From contig JBILLK010000002.1 in NCBI GenBank assembly GCA_044376115.1, forward strand, positions 384,001-448,000: DNA of 64,000 nucleotides, read 5' to 3'. Below, piece after piece: positions 1 to 9,720 of the stretch (positions are counted from its first letter, which is position 1; every line of letters starts with the position of its first letter). Source of the stretch: Polyangiaceae bacterium (GTDB taxonomy: Bacteria > Myxococcota_A > Polyangia > Polyangiales > Polyangiaceae). Made by a program: the position numbers and the translations under genes. The notes beneath the pieces were generated by a model. It was not told where the DNA came from, searched no databases, and was given only the letters and a program-made list of their open reading frames with translations.

Positions 1-2
1 GC

Positions 3-740
3 GCCACCTTGCTCCATGACGACGTCGTCGACCTCGGGGACAAGCGCCGAGGGCTGCCGACCTCTAGGGTGATCTACGGCAACGCAGCGAGCATCTTCGC
101 GGGCGACTGGCTGCTGGTCGAGGCTCTGTTGCGCGTGCGGCGGACCGAGCTCGGTGACGTACTCGACGGAGCTCTCGGCGTGCTTACTGAGATGCTCGAG
201 GCCGAGTCGTTGCAGCTCGCCCGGCGAGGCAAGGTCGACGTGGTGATGGACGACTATATGAAGGTCGTCCGCGGGAAGACGGCCTCGCTCTTTCGTTGGG
301 CGCTGTTCGCCGGTGCGCGGGCGGGTGGCCTTGCGCCGGAGGCCTGTGAATCGCTCGCGAGCTACGGCTCGGCGTTGGGCGTCGCCTTCCAGGTGATCGA
401 CGACGTGCTCGACGTCGATGGGGACAGCGAGTCACTGGGCAAAGAGGTGTTGCAAGACCTACGCGAAGGCAAGATGACGTACCCGCTGTTGGTCGCGCTA
501 CTGGAAGATCCGGAGCTCGCCGACCGTCTGCGCGGCCGCATCGACGGTGACACGCTCGACGCCGAAACGCGGGCTTACGCCTGCACGGCCATCAAACGCT
601 GGGGCGGCTCCGAGCAAGCCAAGAGCTTGGCGGTAACGCTGGTGGACGAAGCGATCGGCCACCTGGAGAAGCTCCCTGACTCGCCTGAACGCCAAGCGCT
701 CGCCTCGGTTGCGCGCGCAGTGATCTCGAGGAGGAACTAA
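3..740 (+). CDS. ispB: Polyprenyl diphosphate synthase (IspB/HepT family), 5'-truncated by the window edge
   Basis: Both DDxxD motifs (LHDDVVD, FQVIDDVLD), RRG and GKTA motifs; heads a menaquinone operon. Confidence 0.9.
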   Translation, partial: ATLLHDDVVDLGDKRRGLPTSRVIYGNAASIFAGDWLLVEALLRVRRTELGDVLDGALGVLTEMLEAESLQLARRGKVDVVMDDYMKVVRGKTASLFRWALFAGARAGGLAPEACESLASYGSALGVAFQVIDDVLDVDGDSESLGKEVLQDLREGKMTYPLLVALLEDPELADRLRGRIDGDTLDAETRAYACTAIKRWGGSEQAKSLAVTLVDEAIGHLEKLPDSPERQALASVARAVISRRN

Positions 741-1720
741 TGATTATCACCGTCAGTCGTGCGGCCGATCTCGGGCAGGTGCGCAAAGCCCTGGCCGGCA
801 TCGGCTTGTGGGTGAGCCCACCGGAGCGCCGCGAGGATGGAGAGGCGCTGTTGGTCGTCCAATCCTCTTCCACCCAAGTCGACGTCGAGCAGATTCGCGC
901 CGTTCAAGGCGTGGTCAGCATCAGTCGTCCCGACAGCACCCATCCGCGCGTGGACGCGCAAGGCCCCGTGGCGCAAATAGGCAAGAACAGCATCGGACGT
1001 GAAGCACCGGTGCTGATCGCAGGCCCCTGCTCGGTGGAGTCACGCGAGCAAATCCTGCGCATCGCCACCACCTTGCGCGAGCGTGGCGTCCTCTACTTGC
1101 GCGGTGGCGCGTTCAAGCCGCGCTCGAGCCCGTACGCCTTCCAAGGCAAAGGCTCGGAGGCGCTCGGCTGGCTCAGGGACGCGGCCGACGCTTGTGGTCA
1201 GGCCGTGATCACCGAGGTGCTGAGCGAGCATGACGTCGCTGCGGTCGCTGAGCACGCCGACGTGCTGCAGATCGGTTCGCGCAACATGCACAACTACGCG
1301 CTGCTCAAGTCGGTGGGCAAGACCGCCCGGCCGGTGCTGCTCAAACGCAGCATGTCGGCGACGGTGGAAGAGTGGCTGCTCGCCGGCGAGTACTTGCTCT
1401 CGAGCGGCGCAGGCTCGGTCATGTTCTGCGAACGTGGCGTGCGCACCTTCGACGAATCGACGCGCAACCTCTTGGATCTCGGCGCTGTCGCGCTGCTATC
1501 CCACGTCCACAAATTGCCGGTGATCGTTGATCCGTCGCACGCGACCGGGCGCCGCGATCTGATCGTGCCGTTGGCGCGTGCCGCGCTCGCGGCGGGTGCT
1601 GCTGGCGTGATGATTGAGGTCCACGACAAACCCGAGCAGGCGGAGAGTGACGCGCCGCAAGCGCTGCACCCCGATGCTCTCGGCCCTGTATTGCTAGCTC
1701 TTCGCGGAGGTGATGCGTGA
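740..1720 (+). CDS. aroF: DAHP synthase (type I-beta) with N-terminal regulatory domain
   Basis: IAGPCSVES, RGGAFKPRSSPY, QIGSRNMHN, VDPSHATG motifs; TAATG coupling to the upstream gene. Confidence 0.92.
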   Translation: MIITVSRAADLGQVRKALAGIGLWVSPPERREDGEALLVVQSSSTQVDVEQIRAVQGVVSISRPDSTHPRVDAQGPVAQIGKNSIGREAPVLIAGPCSVESREQILRIATTLRERGVLYLRGGAFKPRSSPYAFQGKGSEALGWLRDAADACGQAVITEVLSEHDVAAVAEHADVLQIGSRNMHNYALLKSVGKTARPVLLKRSMSATVEEWLLAGEYLLSSGAGSVMFCERGVRTFDESTRNLLDLGAVALLSHVHKLPVIVDPSHATGRRDLIVPLARAALAAGAAGVMIEVHDKPEQAESDAPQALHPDALGPVLLALRGGDA

Positions 1721-2448
1721 ACTCGACCGAAAACCAAGAGGCCCGCCAAGGCAGCGGGGAAATGTTCGATCAGATCGCTGAGCGATACGATCTGCTCAAT
1801 CGCCTGATGTCGCTCGGGATCGACCGCGGTTGGCGCGAGCGGACGGTGGGCAAGATGCAAGAGGTCGCAACCAGCGGCAGCCCGCGCTTGCTCGACGTGG
1901 CGACCGGCACCGGCGATCTCGCGCTGGCGATGGCGAAGGCGTACCCGCTCGCAACCGTGGTCGGCCTCGATCCGTCGAAGGGCATGCTCTCGGTGGCCGA
2001 GCAGAAGCGACAGAAGGCCTCGGGAGATGAGCGCGTCAGCTTCCAGGTCGGTTCGGCCGAGGCATTGCCGTTCGAGGATGGGAGCTTCGATGGAGTTTCG
2101 ATCTCGTTCGGGATTCGCAACGTCCCTGACCGTCCGCTCGGCTTGCGTGAGATGGCCCGCGTGCTTCGCCCTGGGGGTCGCCTGCTCATCCTCGAGCTAT
2201 CGGAGCCGCGCGGCGGCTTCTTCGGCGGGATGGCCAAACTGCACGTGCATCACTTCGTTCCGTTCGTCGGTGCGCTGCTCAGCGGGAAGAAGGAGTACCG
2301 CTACTTGCAGAAGTCGATCGCTGCGTTTCCACCGGCTGAAGAGTTCGCAGGAACGATCGCCGCGCAAGGCTTCGACATGCTCGAGTTGATTCCGCTCACC
2401 TTCGGCACGGCGCACCTGTACGTCGCGGAGCGTCGCGCAGGGTCGTGA
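1717..2448 (+). CDS. menG: Demethylmenaquinone methyltransferase UbiE/MenG
   Basis: MFDQIAERYDLLNRLMSLG, LDVATGTGD SAM-binding motif, FGIRNV, YRYLQKSI. Confidence 0.93.
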   Translation: MNSTENQEARQGSGEMFDQIAERYDLLNRLMSLGIDRGWRERTVGKMQEVATSGSPRLLDVATGTGDLALAMAKAYPLATVVGLDPSKGMLSVAEQKRQKASGDERVSFQVGSAEALPFEDGSFDGVSISFGIRNVPDRPLGLREMARVLRPGGRLLILELSEPRGGFFGGMAKLHVHHFVPFVGALLSGKKEYRYLQKSIAAFPPAEEFAGTIAAQGFDMLELIPLTFGTAHLYVAERRAGS

Positions 2449-3737
2449 GCTCGAGGGGCGTGCTCCACTCCGTCACGGACTTCGTGATGGATCTCGAGCT
2501 GGAGGGAGTCGTCGCAGCGCTCGACGATCTCCCTAGAGAGGCGCGCGAGTTCGTGTTTGTTTGGGACTCGCGCGAAGCAGCGGTGGAGCGCCGCGAGTTT
2601 GTGATCGCGCTTGGCCTCGCAGAGTCGGTCGAGATCCCGGCCGAGTCGGATGGTGAAGCGCTGGCCTCGCTGTTTGCACGCTGGAGCGATCCGTCCGGGA
2701 GTCTGCGAGCGCTGGCCGCGCTGCCGTTCGACGAACGTTTGCGGCCGTCGGCGGACTGGCCGGATGATCGTGCGCGGCTGGTGATTCCGCAGGTGCTGCT
2801 CACCGCGACCGCGGGAGGCGTGCGCGTGCTCCAGGTGGAGGGCTCGGTCGCGGCGACCCGCATCGTCGCCTGGCTCGAATCGCGCCGTTTGCAACAGCGC
2901 AGCGCGCCGGTCGAGTCGAGCGCACGCGTCGTCGACTCGGGCGTGGAGGCGTTCAGCGATCGGGTTCGGGCGGCCTTAGCGAGGATCGAGAGCGGCGACC
3001 TCGAGAAGGTCGTCGTAAGTCGCACGGTGGAGCTCCGCGGGAGCTTCAAGCTCGCCGCTGCGCTCGGTCGGCTCGCCGGCCTGCCGCGAACCGTGCGCTT
3101 CGCGTGGTCTCGCGATGGCCGCTGGCTGATCGGCGCAACGCCGGAGACGCTGCTCGAGAAGTCGGGCTCGTTGCTTCGGACCGAGGCGGTGGCAGGGTCG
3201 CTGCCACGAGGCGCCGATGACGAAGGGGAGGCGCGCGCACTTTTGGCCAGCCCCAAAGATCGGCGAGAACATGCCTTCGTCGTCGACGCCATTCGCGCCG
3301 CCTTGGAAGAACGAGGCGTGCACGTTGAAGCGAAGCCTTGCTCGGTGCGCACGCTGGCCCACGTTCATCACCTGGTGACGCCCATGCTCGGTCGCGTCAC
3401 GGGTGAGCATTGCACGGCCGTCTCCCTCGCAGAGGCGCTGCACCCGACGCCGGCAATGAACGGGGTTCCACGCACTGCGGCGCTCGACTTTCTGCGCGAA
3501 CGTGAACCCCACCGCGGTTTCTATGCGGCACCGATCGGTCTCGTGGATCGCCGCGGCGATGGGATCTTTGCCGTGGCCATTCGCTCAGCGCTGCTGAGCG
3601 GCGAGCGAGCGCAGCTCTTCGCTGGCGTCGGCGTGGTCGCTGGTTCGTCGGTGAACGCCGAGGTCGCCGAGACCGAGGCGAAGCTCGCTTCGATGATTGC
3701 GGCTTTGGGCGTAACGGCCGAGGAGCGCGCTGTATGA
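2445..3737 (+). CDS. menF: Isochorismate synthase
   Basis: LEKVVVSR, GATPETL, KDRREH, LHPTPA, IRSAL, FAGVGVV chorismate-binding motifs. Confidence 0.88.
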   Translation: MSSRGVLHSVTDFVMDLELEGVVAALDDLPREAREFVFVWDSREAAVERREFVIALGLAESVEIPAESDGEALASLFARWSDPSGSLRALAALPFDERLRPSADWPDDRARLVIPQVLLTATAGGVRVLQVEGSVAATRIVAWLESRRLQQRSAPVESSARVVDSGVEAFSDRVRAALARIESGDLEKVVVSRTVELRGSFKLAAALGRLAGLPRTVRFAWSRDGRWLIGATPETLLEKSGSLLRTEAVAGSLPRGADDEGEARALLASPKDRREHAFVVDAIRAALEERGVHVEAKPCSVRTLAHVHHLVTPMLGRVTGEHCTAVSLAEALHPTPAMNGVPRTAALDFLREREPHRGFYAAPIGLVDRRGDGIFAVAIRSALLSGERAQLFAGVGVVAGSSVNAEVAETEAKLASMIAALGVTAEERAV

Positions 3738-5491
3738 GCGAGGTGCTCGCCTATCGCTGGAGTACGACGCTCGTGCGCAGCTTGCTCGAGCTCGGCGTGC
3801 AGCATTTCGTGGTTAGCCCTGGCTCGCGCTCGACACCGCTCACCGTGGCGGCGTGGAGCTGCGCCCAGCCGCACGTGCACATGGTGGTGGACGAGCGCGC
3901 TGCGGCGTTCTTTGCGCTGGGCATCGCCCGCATCAGCGGCAAGCCGGTGGTGCTGATCTGCACCAGCGGTTCCGCCCTTGCGCATTACTTCCCAGCGGTG
4001 CTCGAGGCCGAGCTAGCTCACATCCCGCTGATCGTTCTCTCTGCGGATCGCCCGCTCGAATTGGTGGGCTCGGGAGCTTCGCAGACCCTCGACCAGATCA
4101 AGCTCTTTGGCGGTCACGTTCGGCTTTCGAGCGAGCTCGGTTGTCCCGACGAAGCGGCGCTCGACGCTCTGCCTTCGTTGCTAGCACGAGCGGTGTTGGC
4201 GGCGACCTCCACACCCGCCGGGCCGGTTCACCTCAACGCACGCTTCCGCAAGCCGCTCGAGCCCTCCGCCGACTACTTTCTGCCCGCGGAGCGCGACGAG
4301 CTTCTGGCGGCCGCTTTCAGCCCACGCAAGGCTCCCACGCTGTCTCGTTCACAACGCAGCCCCGATGCCCGAGCGCTCGCGAGCCTCCGCGACGCAGCAA
4401 CGGAGCATGGCGGCGCGACCGTCGTCGTTGGCGCGCTGCCCTACGGTGCACACGATCGCTCGGGCACGATCGCGAGCCTGCGCGCCGCGGTCGACGCCGT
4501 GACCGCGCGTGGACACGTCGTACTTTGCGAACCGGCGAGCGGGCTTGCGCTCGCGCCCGAGCGAGGCATTCACGCGACCGCCCACGCCCTCGCGAGCAGG
4601 GAGTACCGCAATCGGCCGGCTGGCCTCTTGATCGAGCTCGGCTTGCCGCCAGTGGATCCAGCCTATGAAGCGTTCTCTGCGAAGGCCGCCTGCCGCGTCG
4701 TCGTGGGGCCGCACGGAATCAATGACCCGAAAGGCACGGCGCAGCTTGCGATCGAGAGCGATCTCGAGCCCTTTTTGCGCGCGCTTGCCGAGCTACCGGC
4801 CGGCGACTCACAGCGGCTTTCGCCAGGGCCGGTCAGTCGCTTGGCGAACGAACGAGCTCGCGCGATACGCGAGCAGCGCGCGGAGGGCGGCCTTTCGGAG
4901 CCGTTCGTTTCGATCGAGCTCGCGTCGCTCTTCGAGGGGGGCCAGTTGTTCCTCGGGAACAGCCTGCCGATCCGAGACTTCGCACTTTTCGCTCACAGCC
5001 TTTGTTCGCCCCACGTGGGCGTGGTTCATCAGCGCGGCCACGCCGGTATCGACGGCTACTTTGCTGGTGCAGCGGGGGTGCGCGCAGCAGCCGCTCAGCA
5101 GGAGCCGGTCGTGGCGTTGTTCGGCGACGTCACGGCGGCCCATGACCTCGGTTCGCTTGCGCTGCTCACCCAGCTCGGCCCGTTGGAGGCGCCGCTGATC
5201 GTGATCGTGATCAACAACGCGGGCGGACGCATCTTCGAGCGTCTTCCGATCGCTAAGTCAGGCTTGCCACGACTGGCGTTTGAAACGCTCTTTCTCACCG
5301 CGCCCGCGCTCTCGGTCGCTGCAGTAGCGGCAGCTATGGGCATCGTTAGTACGCGCTGTGACAACAAGAGCGACTTCCGTGCTGCGCTTACGTCGGCTCT
5401 TGCCGCGCCGCGGGTCACGGTGATCGAGGCGGTCGTAGATCAGGCTGCCGACAGCGCGGATCGCGCTTGGTTCGCCGAGGTGCTGGGTTGA
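3734..5491 (+). CDS. menD: SEPHCHC synthase (ThDP-dependent)
   Basis: SPGSRSTPL, DERAAAFFALG, CTSGSA, ADRP, GNSLPIRD, GIDG, NNAGGRIF. Confidence 0.93.
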   Translation: MSEVLAYRWSTTLVRSLLELGVQHFVVSPGSRSTPLTVAAWSCAQPHVHMVVDERAAAFFALGIARISGKPVVLICTSGSALAHYFPAVLEAELAHIPLIVLSADRPLELVGSGASQTLDQIKLFGGHVRLSSELGCPDEAALDALPSLLARAVLAATSTPAGPVHLNARFRKPLEPSADYFLPAERDELLAAAFSPRKAPTLSRSQRSPDARALASLRDAATEHGGATVVVGALPYGAHDRSGTIASLRAAVDAVTARGHVVLCEPASGLALAPERGIHATAHALASREYRNRPAGLLIELGLPPVDPAYEAFSAKAACRVVVGPHGINDPKGTAQLAIESDLEPFLRALAELPAGDSQRLSPGPVSRLANERARAIREQRAEGGLSEPFVSIELASLFEGGQLFLGNSLPIRDFALFAHSLCSPHVGVVHQRGHAGIDGYFAGAAGVRAAAAQQEPVVALFGDVTAAHDLGSLALLTQLGPLEAPLIVIVINNAGGRIFERLPIAKSGLPRLAFETLFLTAPALSVAAVAAAMGIVSTRCDNKSDFRAALTSALAAPRVTVIEAVVDQAADSADRAWFAEVLG

Positions 5492-6255
5492 CGCCGGGAG
5501 TAACTTTGTTGCATGGGCTCGGAGGCTCGCCACTGATGCTGCGACCGACCGCGCGTTTGCTCGGCGAGAGCTTGGACGTCCCCATTCGTTGTTCGCTGCT
5601 GCCCGGCCACGGCCCATCCCCCTGGGGGCTCGAGCTGGGCTCGTATTCGGAGGTGGTGGACGCGTTGGCGCAGCGGCTCTTCCCCGATGGCGATGCGTCC
5701 GGCCAGCTGCTGGCGGGCTACTCGCTGGGAGGGCGGCTGGCGTTGGGGGTCGCCCTGCGAGTGCGCGGCCTGCGCGGCGTCGTCGCATTTGGCGCACATC
5801 TCGGCCTCACGGCCGAGAGCGAACGGAGCGAACGGCAGCGCTGGGACGACCAAATGGCCGCACAAGTCCGGCGCGACGGGGTCGAACGCTTCTTCTCCCA
5901 GTGGGCCGAGCTGCCGTTGTTTGCGTCGCAGCGCAGCTTGCCGGCAGACGTTCTTGCGGAGCAAACGGCGATTCGCAACGGCCACAGCGCAGCCGGCATC
6001 AGCTGGGCGTTCTCAGCGCTCGGGACGGGGCGGATGCCCAACCTGCTACCCGAATTGCTCGCCAGCTCGCTCAACATCACGCTGGTCGCAGGCAGCCTCG
6101 ACGCGAAATTTTGTGAGCTCTACCAACCGCTCGTAGGCAGCTCGCTGCGTGTGATCCGCCTCGAAGGCGCGGGGCATAACGCCTTTCTCGAGGACCCTGT
6201 CGGATCCGCCGTAGCGATCCAAGCAATCTGGAGCCACTCGACCAACGGAGCATGA
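5488..6255 (+). CDS. menH: SHCHC synthase (alpha/beta hydrolase)
   Basis: LLHGLGG, GYSLGGR nucleophile elbow, GSLDAKF, AGHN; TTG start overlaps the menD stop (TTGA). Confidence 0.85.
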   Translation: MTPGVTLLHGLGGSPLMLRPTARLLGESLDVPIRCSLLPGHGPSPWGLELGSYSEVVDALAQRLFPDGDASGQLLAGYSLGGRLALGVALRVRGLRGVVAFGAHLGLTAESERSERQRWDDQMAAQVRRDGVERFFSQWAELPLFASQRSLPADVLAEQTAIRNGHSAAGISWAFSALGTGRMPNLLPELLASSLNITLVAGSLDAKFCELYQPLVGSSLRVIRLEGAGHNAFLEDPVGSAVAIQAIWSHSTNGA

Positions 6256-7187
6256 TGGATACGCCGCAAGGAACAAAACCGGAGCTATCAATCCGCAAAG
6301 GCTCGTTGGGTGCGTGGCTGCTCGCTTCGCGCCCCAAGACGCTGCCAGTTGCTTTCGCGCCCGTGGCAGTGGGAGCTAGCGTGGCCTACTTCGTTCGCGG
6401 CCAGCTCGATTGGGGAGCGCTGCTCGCCGCGCTGATCGGCGCGCTGTTCATTCAGATCGGCACCAACTTCGCCAACGATCTGTTCGACGCGAAGTCGGGC
6501 GCCGACGATGAGAATCGCATCGGTCCACCGCGCGCGGTGCAGAGCGGGCTGCTCACCGCACAGGCGATGGTGCGCGGGACGATCGTAGCGTTCGCTGTAG
6601 CCGTCTTGGCCGGCAGCTACCTGGTCTGGCACAGCGGCTGGCCGATCGTGGCGATCGGCGTGCTGAGCGTCGCGAGCGGGGTGGCCTACACCGGCGGGCC
6701 CTATCCGCTGGGCTACAACGGCCTCGGCGACGTTTTTGTTTTCGTGTTCTTCGGCCTCGTCGCAGTGCTCGGCACGACCTTCGTCGCGGCGGGCTTGCTA
6801 CCACCGGGCGGAATTTTCGCCGGCGCTGTCGCTGGGGCACTGGCCACGGCGGTGCTCGTCGTCAACAACGTGCGCGACGCCGAGGGCGATCGAAAGGTCG
6901 GTAAACGCACGCTCGTGGCGCGCTTCGGTCGGCGCTTCGGCGAGATCGAGTACGGCCTGCTGCTGCTGGTCGCGGCGGGCTGCATCGTAGCCACGCCGCT
7001 CTTGGGCTACGGCCCGTGGCACGTACTGATCGCGCTGCTGCCGCTGCCCCTCGGCCTCTCCAACTGGCGCACCTTGATTCGCTCGCGCGACGGTCAGATC
7101 CTCAACGACTGTCTGGCGAGCACGGCCAAGCTGATGCTGTTCGTCAGTCTTTTGATGTCGGCTGGTTTCGCGTTGGGCCGCGCGTGA
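6252..7187 (+). CDS. menA: DHNA polyprenyltransferase
   Basis: ASRPKTL, NFANDLFD, YTGGPYPLGYNGLGD, NNVRD..D..VGKRTL; multiple TM segments. Confidence 0.93.
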   Translation: MMDTPQGTKPELSIRKGSLGAWLLASRPKTLPVAFAPVAVGASVAYFVRGQLDWGALLAALIGALFIQIGTNFANDLFDAKSGADDENRIGPPRAVQSGLLTAQAMVRGTIVAFAVAVLAGSYLVWHSGWPIVAIGVLSVASGVAYTGGPYPLGYNGLGDVFVFVFFGLVAVLGTTFVAAGLLPPGGIFAGAVAGALATAVLVVNNVRDAEGDRKVGKRTLVARFGRRFGEIEYGLLLLVAAGCIVATPLLGYGPWHVLIALLPLPLGLSNWRTLIRSRDGQILNDCLASTAKLMLFVSLLMSAGFALGRA

Positions 7188-8293
7188 ATCCGCGCGAGCA
7201 GGTCCGCTCGATCGCGCTCTTCGCTTGGGGCGGGCCTGCAGGCAGGGGCGTTCTCACCGCGGCTGGGAGCATTGCTCAACGCGAAGGTTGGGTGGTGCGG
7301 ATGGAGTCAACGTCGGGCCGAGTCGGCTTGGGCGAGGCGACGCCGCTCAGCGAGCTGCGCGGCGGCGTGACCGGCCAAGCGACCCTCGATGCGCTCCGCG
7401 CAGCGCGCGACTTTCCGCGGCCCTCGTTCGAAAGCTTCGAGCAAGTGGCAGCCTGGCTCACCAACTTCGATGGCCTCGTCAACGCCGCGCGCTTCGGCTT
7501 TGAGACCGCGTTGCTTGACCTATTGGCGCAGTCCCGGTCGCGATCGCTCGCTGCGGAGCTAACTGCCGACTTCGCGCCTTCGTTCTACTGCACCCATCTC
7601 CTCGGAGCGCTGGCCTCACCAACGCTCGAGGCGCGCGCACGGGCAGCGCGAGACCTTGGCTATCGCGCACTGAAGCTCAAGGTGGGACCGAGCGATCTCG
7701 AACAGGCGAGCGAGCGGCTTGCGCATTTACGCAACTTCGTAGGCGCAGAGATGCGTTTGCGCGTGGACTGCAACGGCGCTCTCAGCGCTGACGAATTCGA
7801 GTCGCTGGTGCCTGCGCTTGCGGCGGCAGAGATCGAGTTCGTGGAGGAGCCGTGTGCGCTCGAGCCGGAGAGTGAGGCTCGACGTCGGGCCTGGGCTGCG
7901 GCCGGGTTGCGGCTGTTCGTGGACGAGTCCCTGAGCTTGCTGGGCGCCACAGCCATGGATTCCCCAGCCGTGTGCGGCGTCGTGCTCAAGCCGTCCTTGC
8001 TCGGCGGCCTGCTGCCGGCACGCGCATTCGCGAAAGCCGCCCACGAACGCGGTCTTGAGATCGTCGTCAGCCACGCGTTCGAAGGGCCGATCGCTCTGGC
8101 CGCGATGCGCGAATTGGCCTGCGCGCTCGCGCCCGGCGACCTCCCGCAGGGGCTCGAACAACATGCGGGGCTAACTTCGTTCACCAACGAAGCGCCAAGC
8201 CTCGCTGCCACCATGCACGCGGGGACTGCCTCGGGCTTGGGCGCGAACGACCCCACCCATCGTTTGCACGAGGTCGAGCGATGGACCTTCTAA
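7184..8293 (+). CDS. menC: o-Succinylbenzoate synthase (enolase superfamily)
   Basis: KLKVG, RVDCNG, EEP, DES, LKP catalytic motifs; GTG start overlaps the menA stop. Confidence 0.85.
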   Translation: MNPREQVRSIALFAWGGPAGRGVLTAAGSIAQREGWVVRMESTSGRVGLGEATPLSELRGGVTGQATLDALRAARDFPRPSFESFEQVAAWLTNFDGLVNAARFGFETALLDLLAQSRSRSLAAELTADFAPSFYCTHLLGALASPTLEARARAARDLGYRALKLKVGPSDLEQASERLAHLRNFVGAEMRLRVDCNGALSADEFESLVPALAAAEIEFVEEPCALEPESEARRRAWAAAGLRLFVDESLSLLGATAMDSPAVCGVVLKPSLLGGLLPARAFAKAAHERGLEIVVSHAFEGPIALAAMRELACALAPGDLPQGLEQHAGLTSFTNEAPSLAATMHAGTASGLGANDPTHRLHEVERWTF

Positions 8294-9720
8294 CGCCTTC
8301 CTTCATCGCCCAAACGTCGGCTCACGAGCTCGCGCTCATCACCGCCGCGGAGAGCGTGACCTTCGAGACCGCGGCGCAGCGAGCCCGCTGGCTTGCTCAC
8401 TGGCTGCAAAAGCGCGCCACCTCCGGCGAGCTCGTAGGCTTTGAGGCGCGCCCGACCTTGGCCGCGGTGCACCTCGTGTGGGGACTGCTCGAGGCGAACC
8501 GCGCCTTCGTTCCGCTTCACCCGCGCTGGACCGACGCGGAGAAGTCGCGCGCCCTGGGTGGGCTTGGTCGAGTGTTGCAGCTGAGCAACGACACCGTGCT
8601 CGAGCTTTTTGAGCAGAGCAAGCAAGCGACAGAGGCTGCGCCTGCGCATTCACACCCGCGCTTTTCGCGGGATCGACTTTGTGTACTGCTGACGTCTGGC
8701 TCCAGCGGGCGGCCGAAGGGTGTGCTGCTCTCGCGCGGGAACTTCCTCGCTAGCGCACACGCGCATCAAGCGAACCTGCCGTTCCTGCCGGAGGATCGTT
8801 GGCTTTTGGGTTTGCCGTTCGCGCACGCCGGTGGGCTCTCCATCCTCACGCGAGCGCTAGCGTTTGGCAGTACGGTCGTGCTTGCTGACTCGTTCGACCC
8901 GGCGGCTGTGCTCTCGAGCGTCGTTTCGAACCGCGTGACGCTGCTCTCGCTCGTCCCCACCATGCTCAGCAAGTTGCTCGAGCTGGATCAGGACGGCGTA
9001 CTCACGCGACTGCGCGCCATTCTGGTCGGCGGAGCTGCCTTCCCCTCGGCTTTGCGGGACGTCTGCGTGGCGCGCGGCCTTCCCGTGCTGTCGACCTACG
9101 GGCTCACCGAGAGCTGCTCGCAAGTCGCGACCCACACCCTCGCCGACGCTTCTCGCCTCGCCGTTACCGACTCCGGCCGCCCCCTCGCTGGCTTCGAACT
9201 GCGCATCGTGCGCGCCGACGGGACGCTGGCGGCGGCAGCGGAGGTCGGCTCGGTTGAGGTTCGCGGCGCGGCCGTATTCAGCGGCTATCTGCACGCACCT
9301 TCGCGTCCCGAGGGCAGTCCGTTCATAACCGGCGACCTCGGTTCACTCGACGAAGCTGGGCGGCTGACTGTGGTTGGGCGTGCCGATGATCTGATCATCA
9401 CCGGCGGTGAGAACGTGCACCCAGCCGAGGTCGAGAATGTGCTCTTACGGATAGCAGGCGTACGAGAGGTCGTCGTCTTCGGCCTCCCCGACGACACCTG
9501 GGGTCAGCTCGTCGCGGCCGCCTTCGTGCTCGAACCAGCGGTGGAGCTCGCCGACGTGCTTCGTGCGAGCCGCAGCGTGCTGGCCTCCTTCCGCAGAGTT
9601 CGCCGCGCCTGCGCGGTGAGCCAGCTGCCAACCAACGCGACCGGCAAAGTGAGCCGCAAACAGGCGGCCGAGCTACTGGGCGCCGCGCTCCTTCCCGTCG
9701 AGCAGCTGCTCCTCGCTTGA
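8281..9720 (+). CDS. menE: o-Succinylbenzoate-CoA ligase
   Basis: TSGSSGRPKG, YGLTESCSQ, TGDLG, GRADDLIITGGENV, TGKV ANL-family motifs. Confidence 0.9.
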   Translation: MDLLTPSFIAQTSAHELALITAAESVTFETAAQRARWLAHWLQKRATSGELVGFEARPTLAAVHLVWGLLEANRAFVPLHPRWTDAEKSRALGGLGRVLQLSNDTVLELFEQSKQATEAAPAHSHPRFSRDRLCVLLTSGSSGRPKGVLLSRGNFLASAHAHQANLPFLPEDRWLLGLPFAHAGGLSILTRALAFGSTVVLADSFDPAAVLSSVVSNRVTLLSLVPTMLSKLLELDQDGVLTRLRAILVGGAAFPSALRDVCVARGLPVLSTYGLTESCSQVATHTLADASRLAVTDSGRPLAGFELRIVRADGTLAAAAEVGSVEVRGAAVFSGYLHAPSRPEGSPFITGDLGSLDEAGRLTVVGRADDLIITGGENVHPAEVENVLLRIAGVREVVVFGLPDDTWGQLVAAAFVLEPAVELADVLRASRSVLASFRRVRRACAVSQLPTNATGKVSRKQAAELLGAALLPVEQLLLA

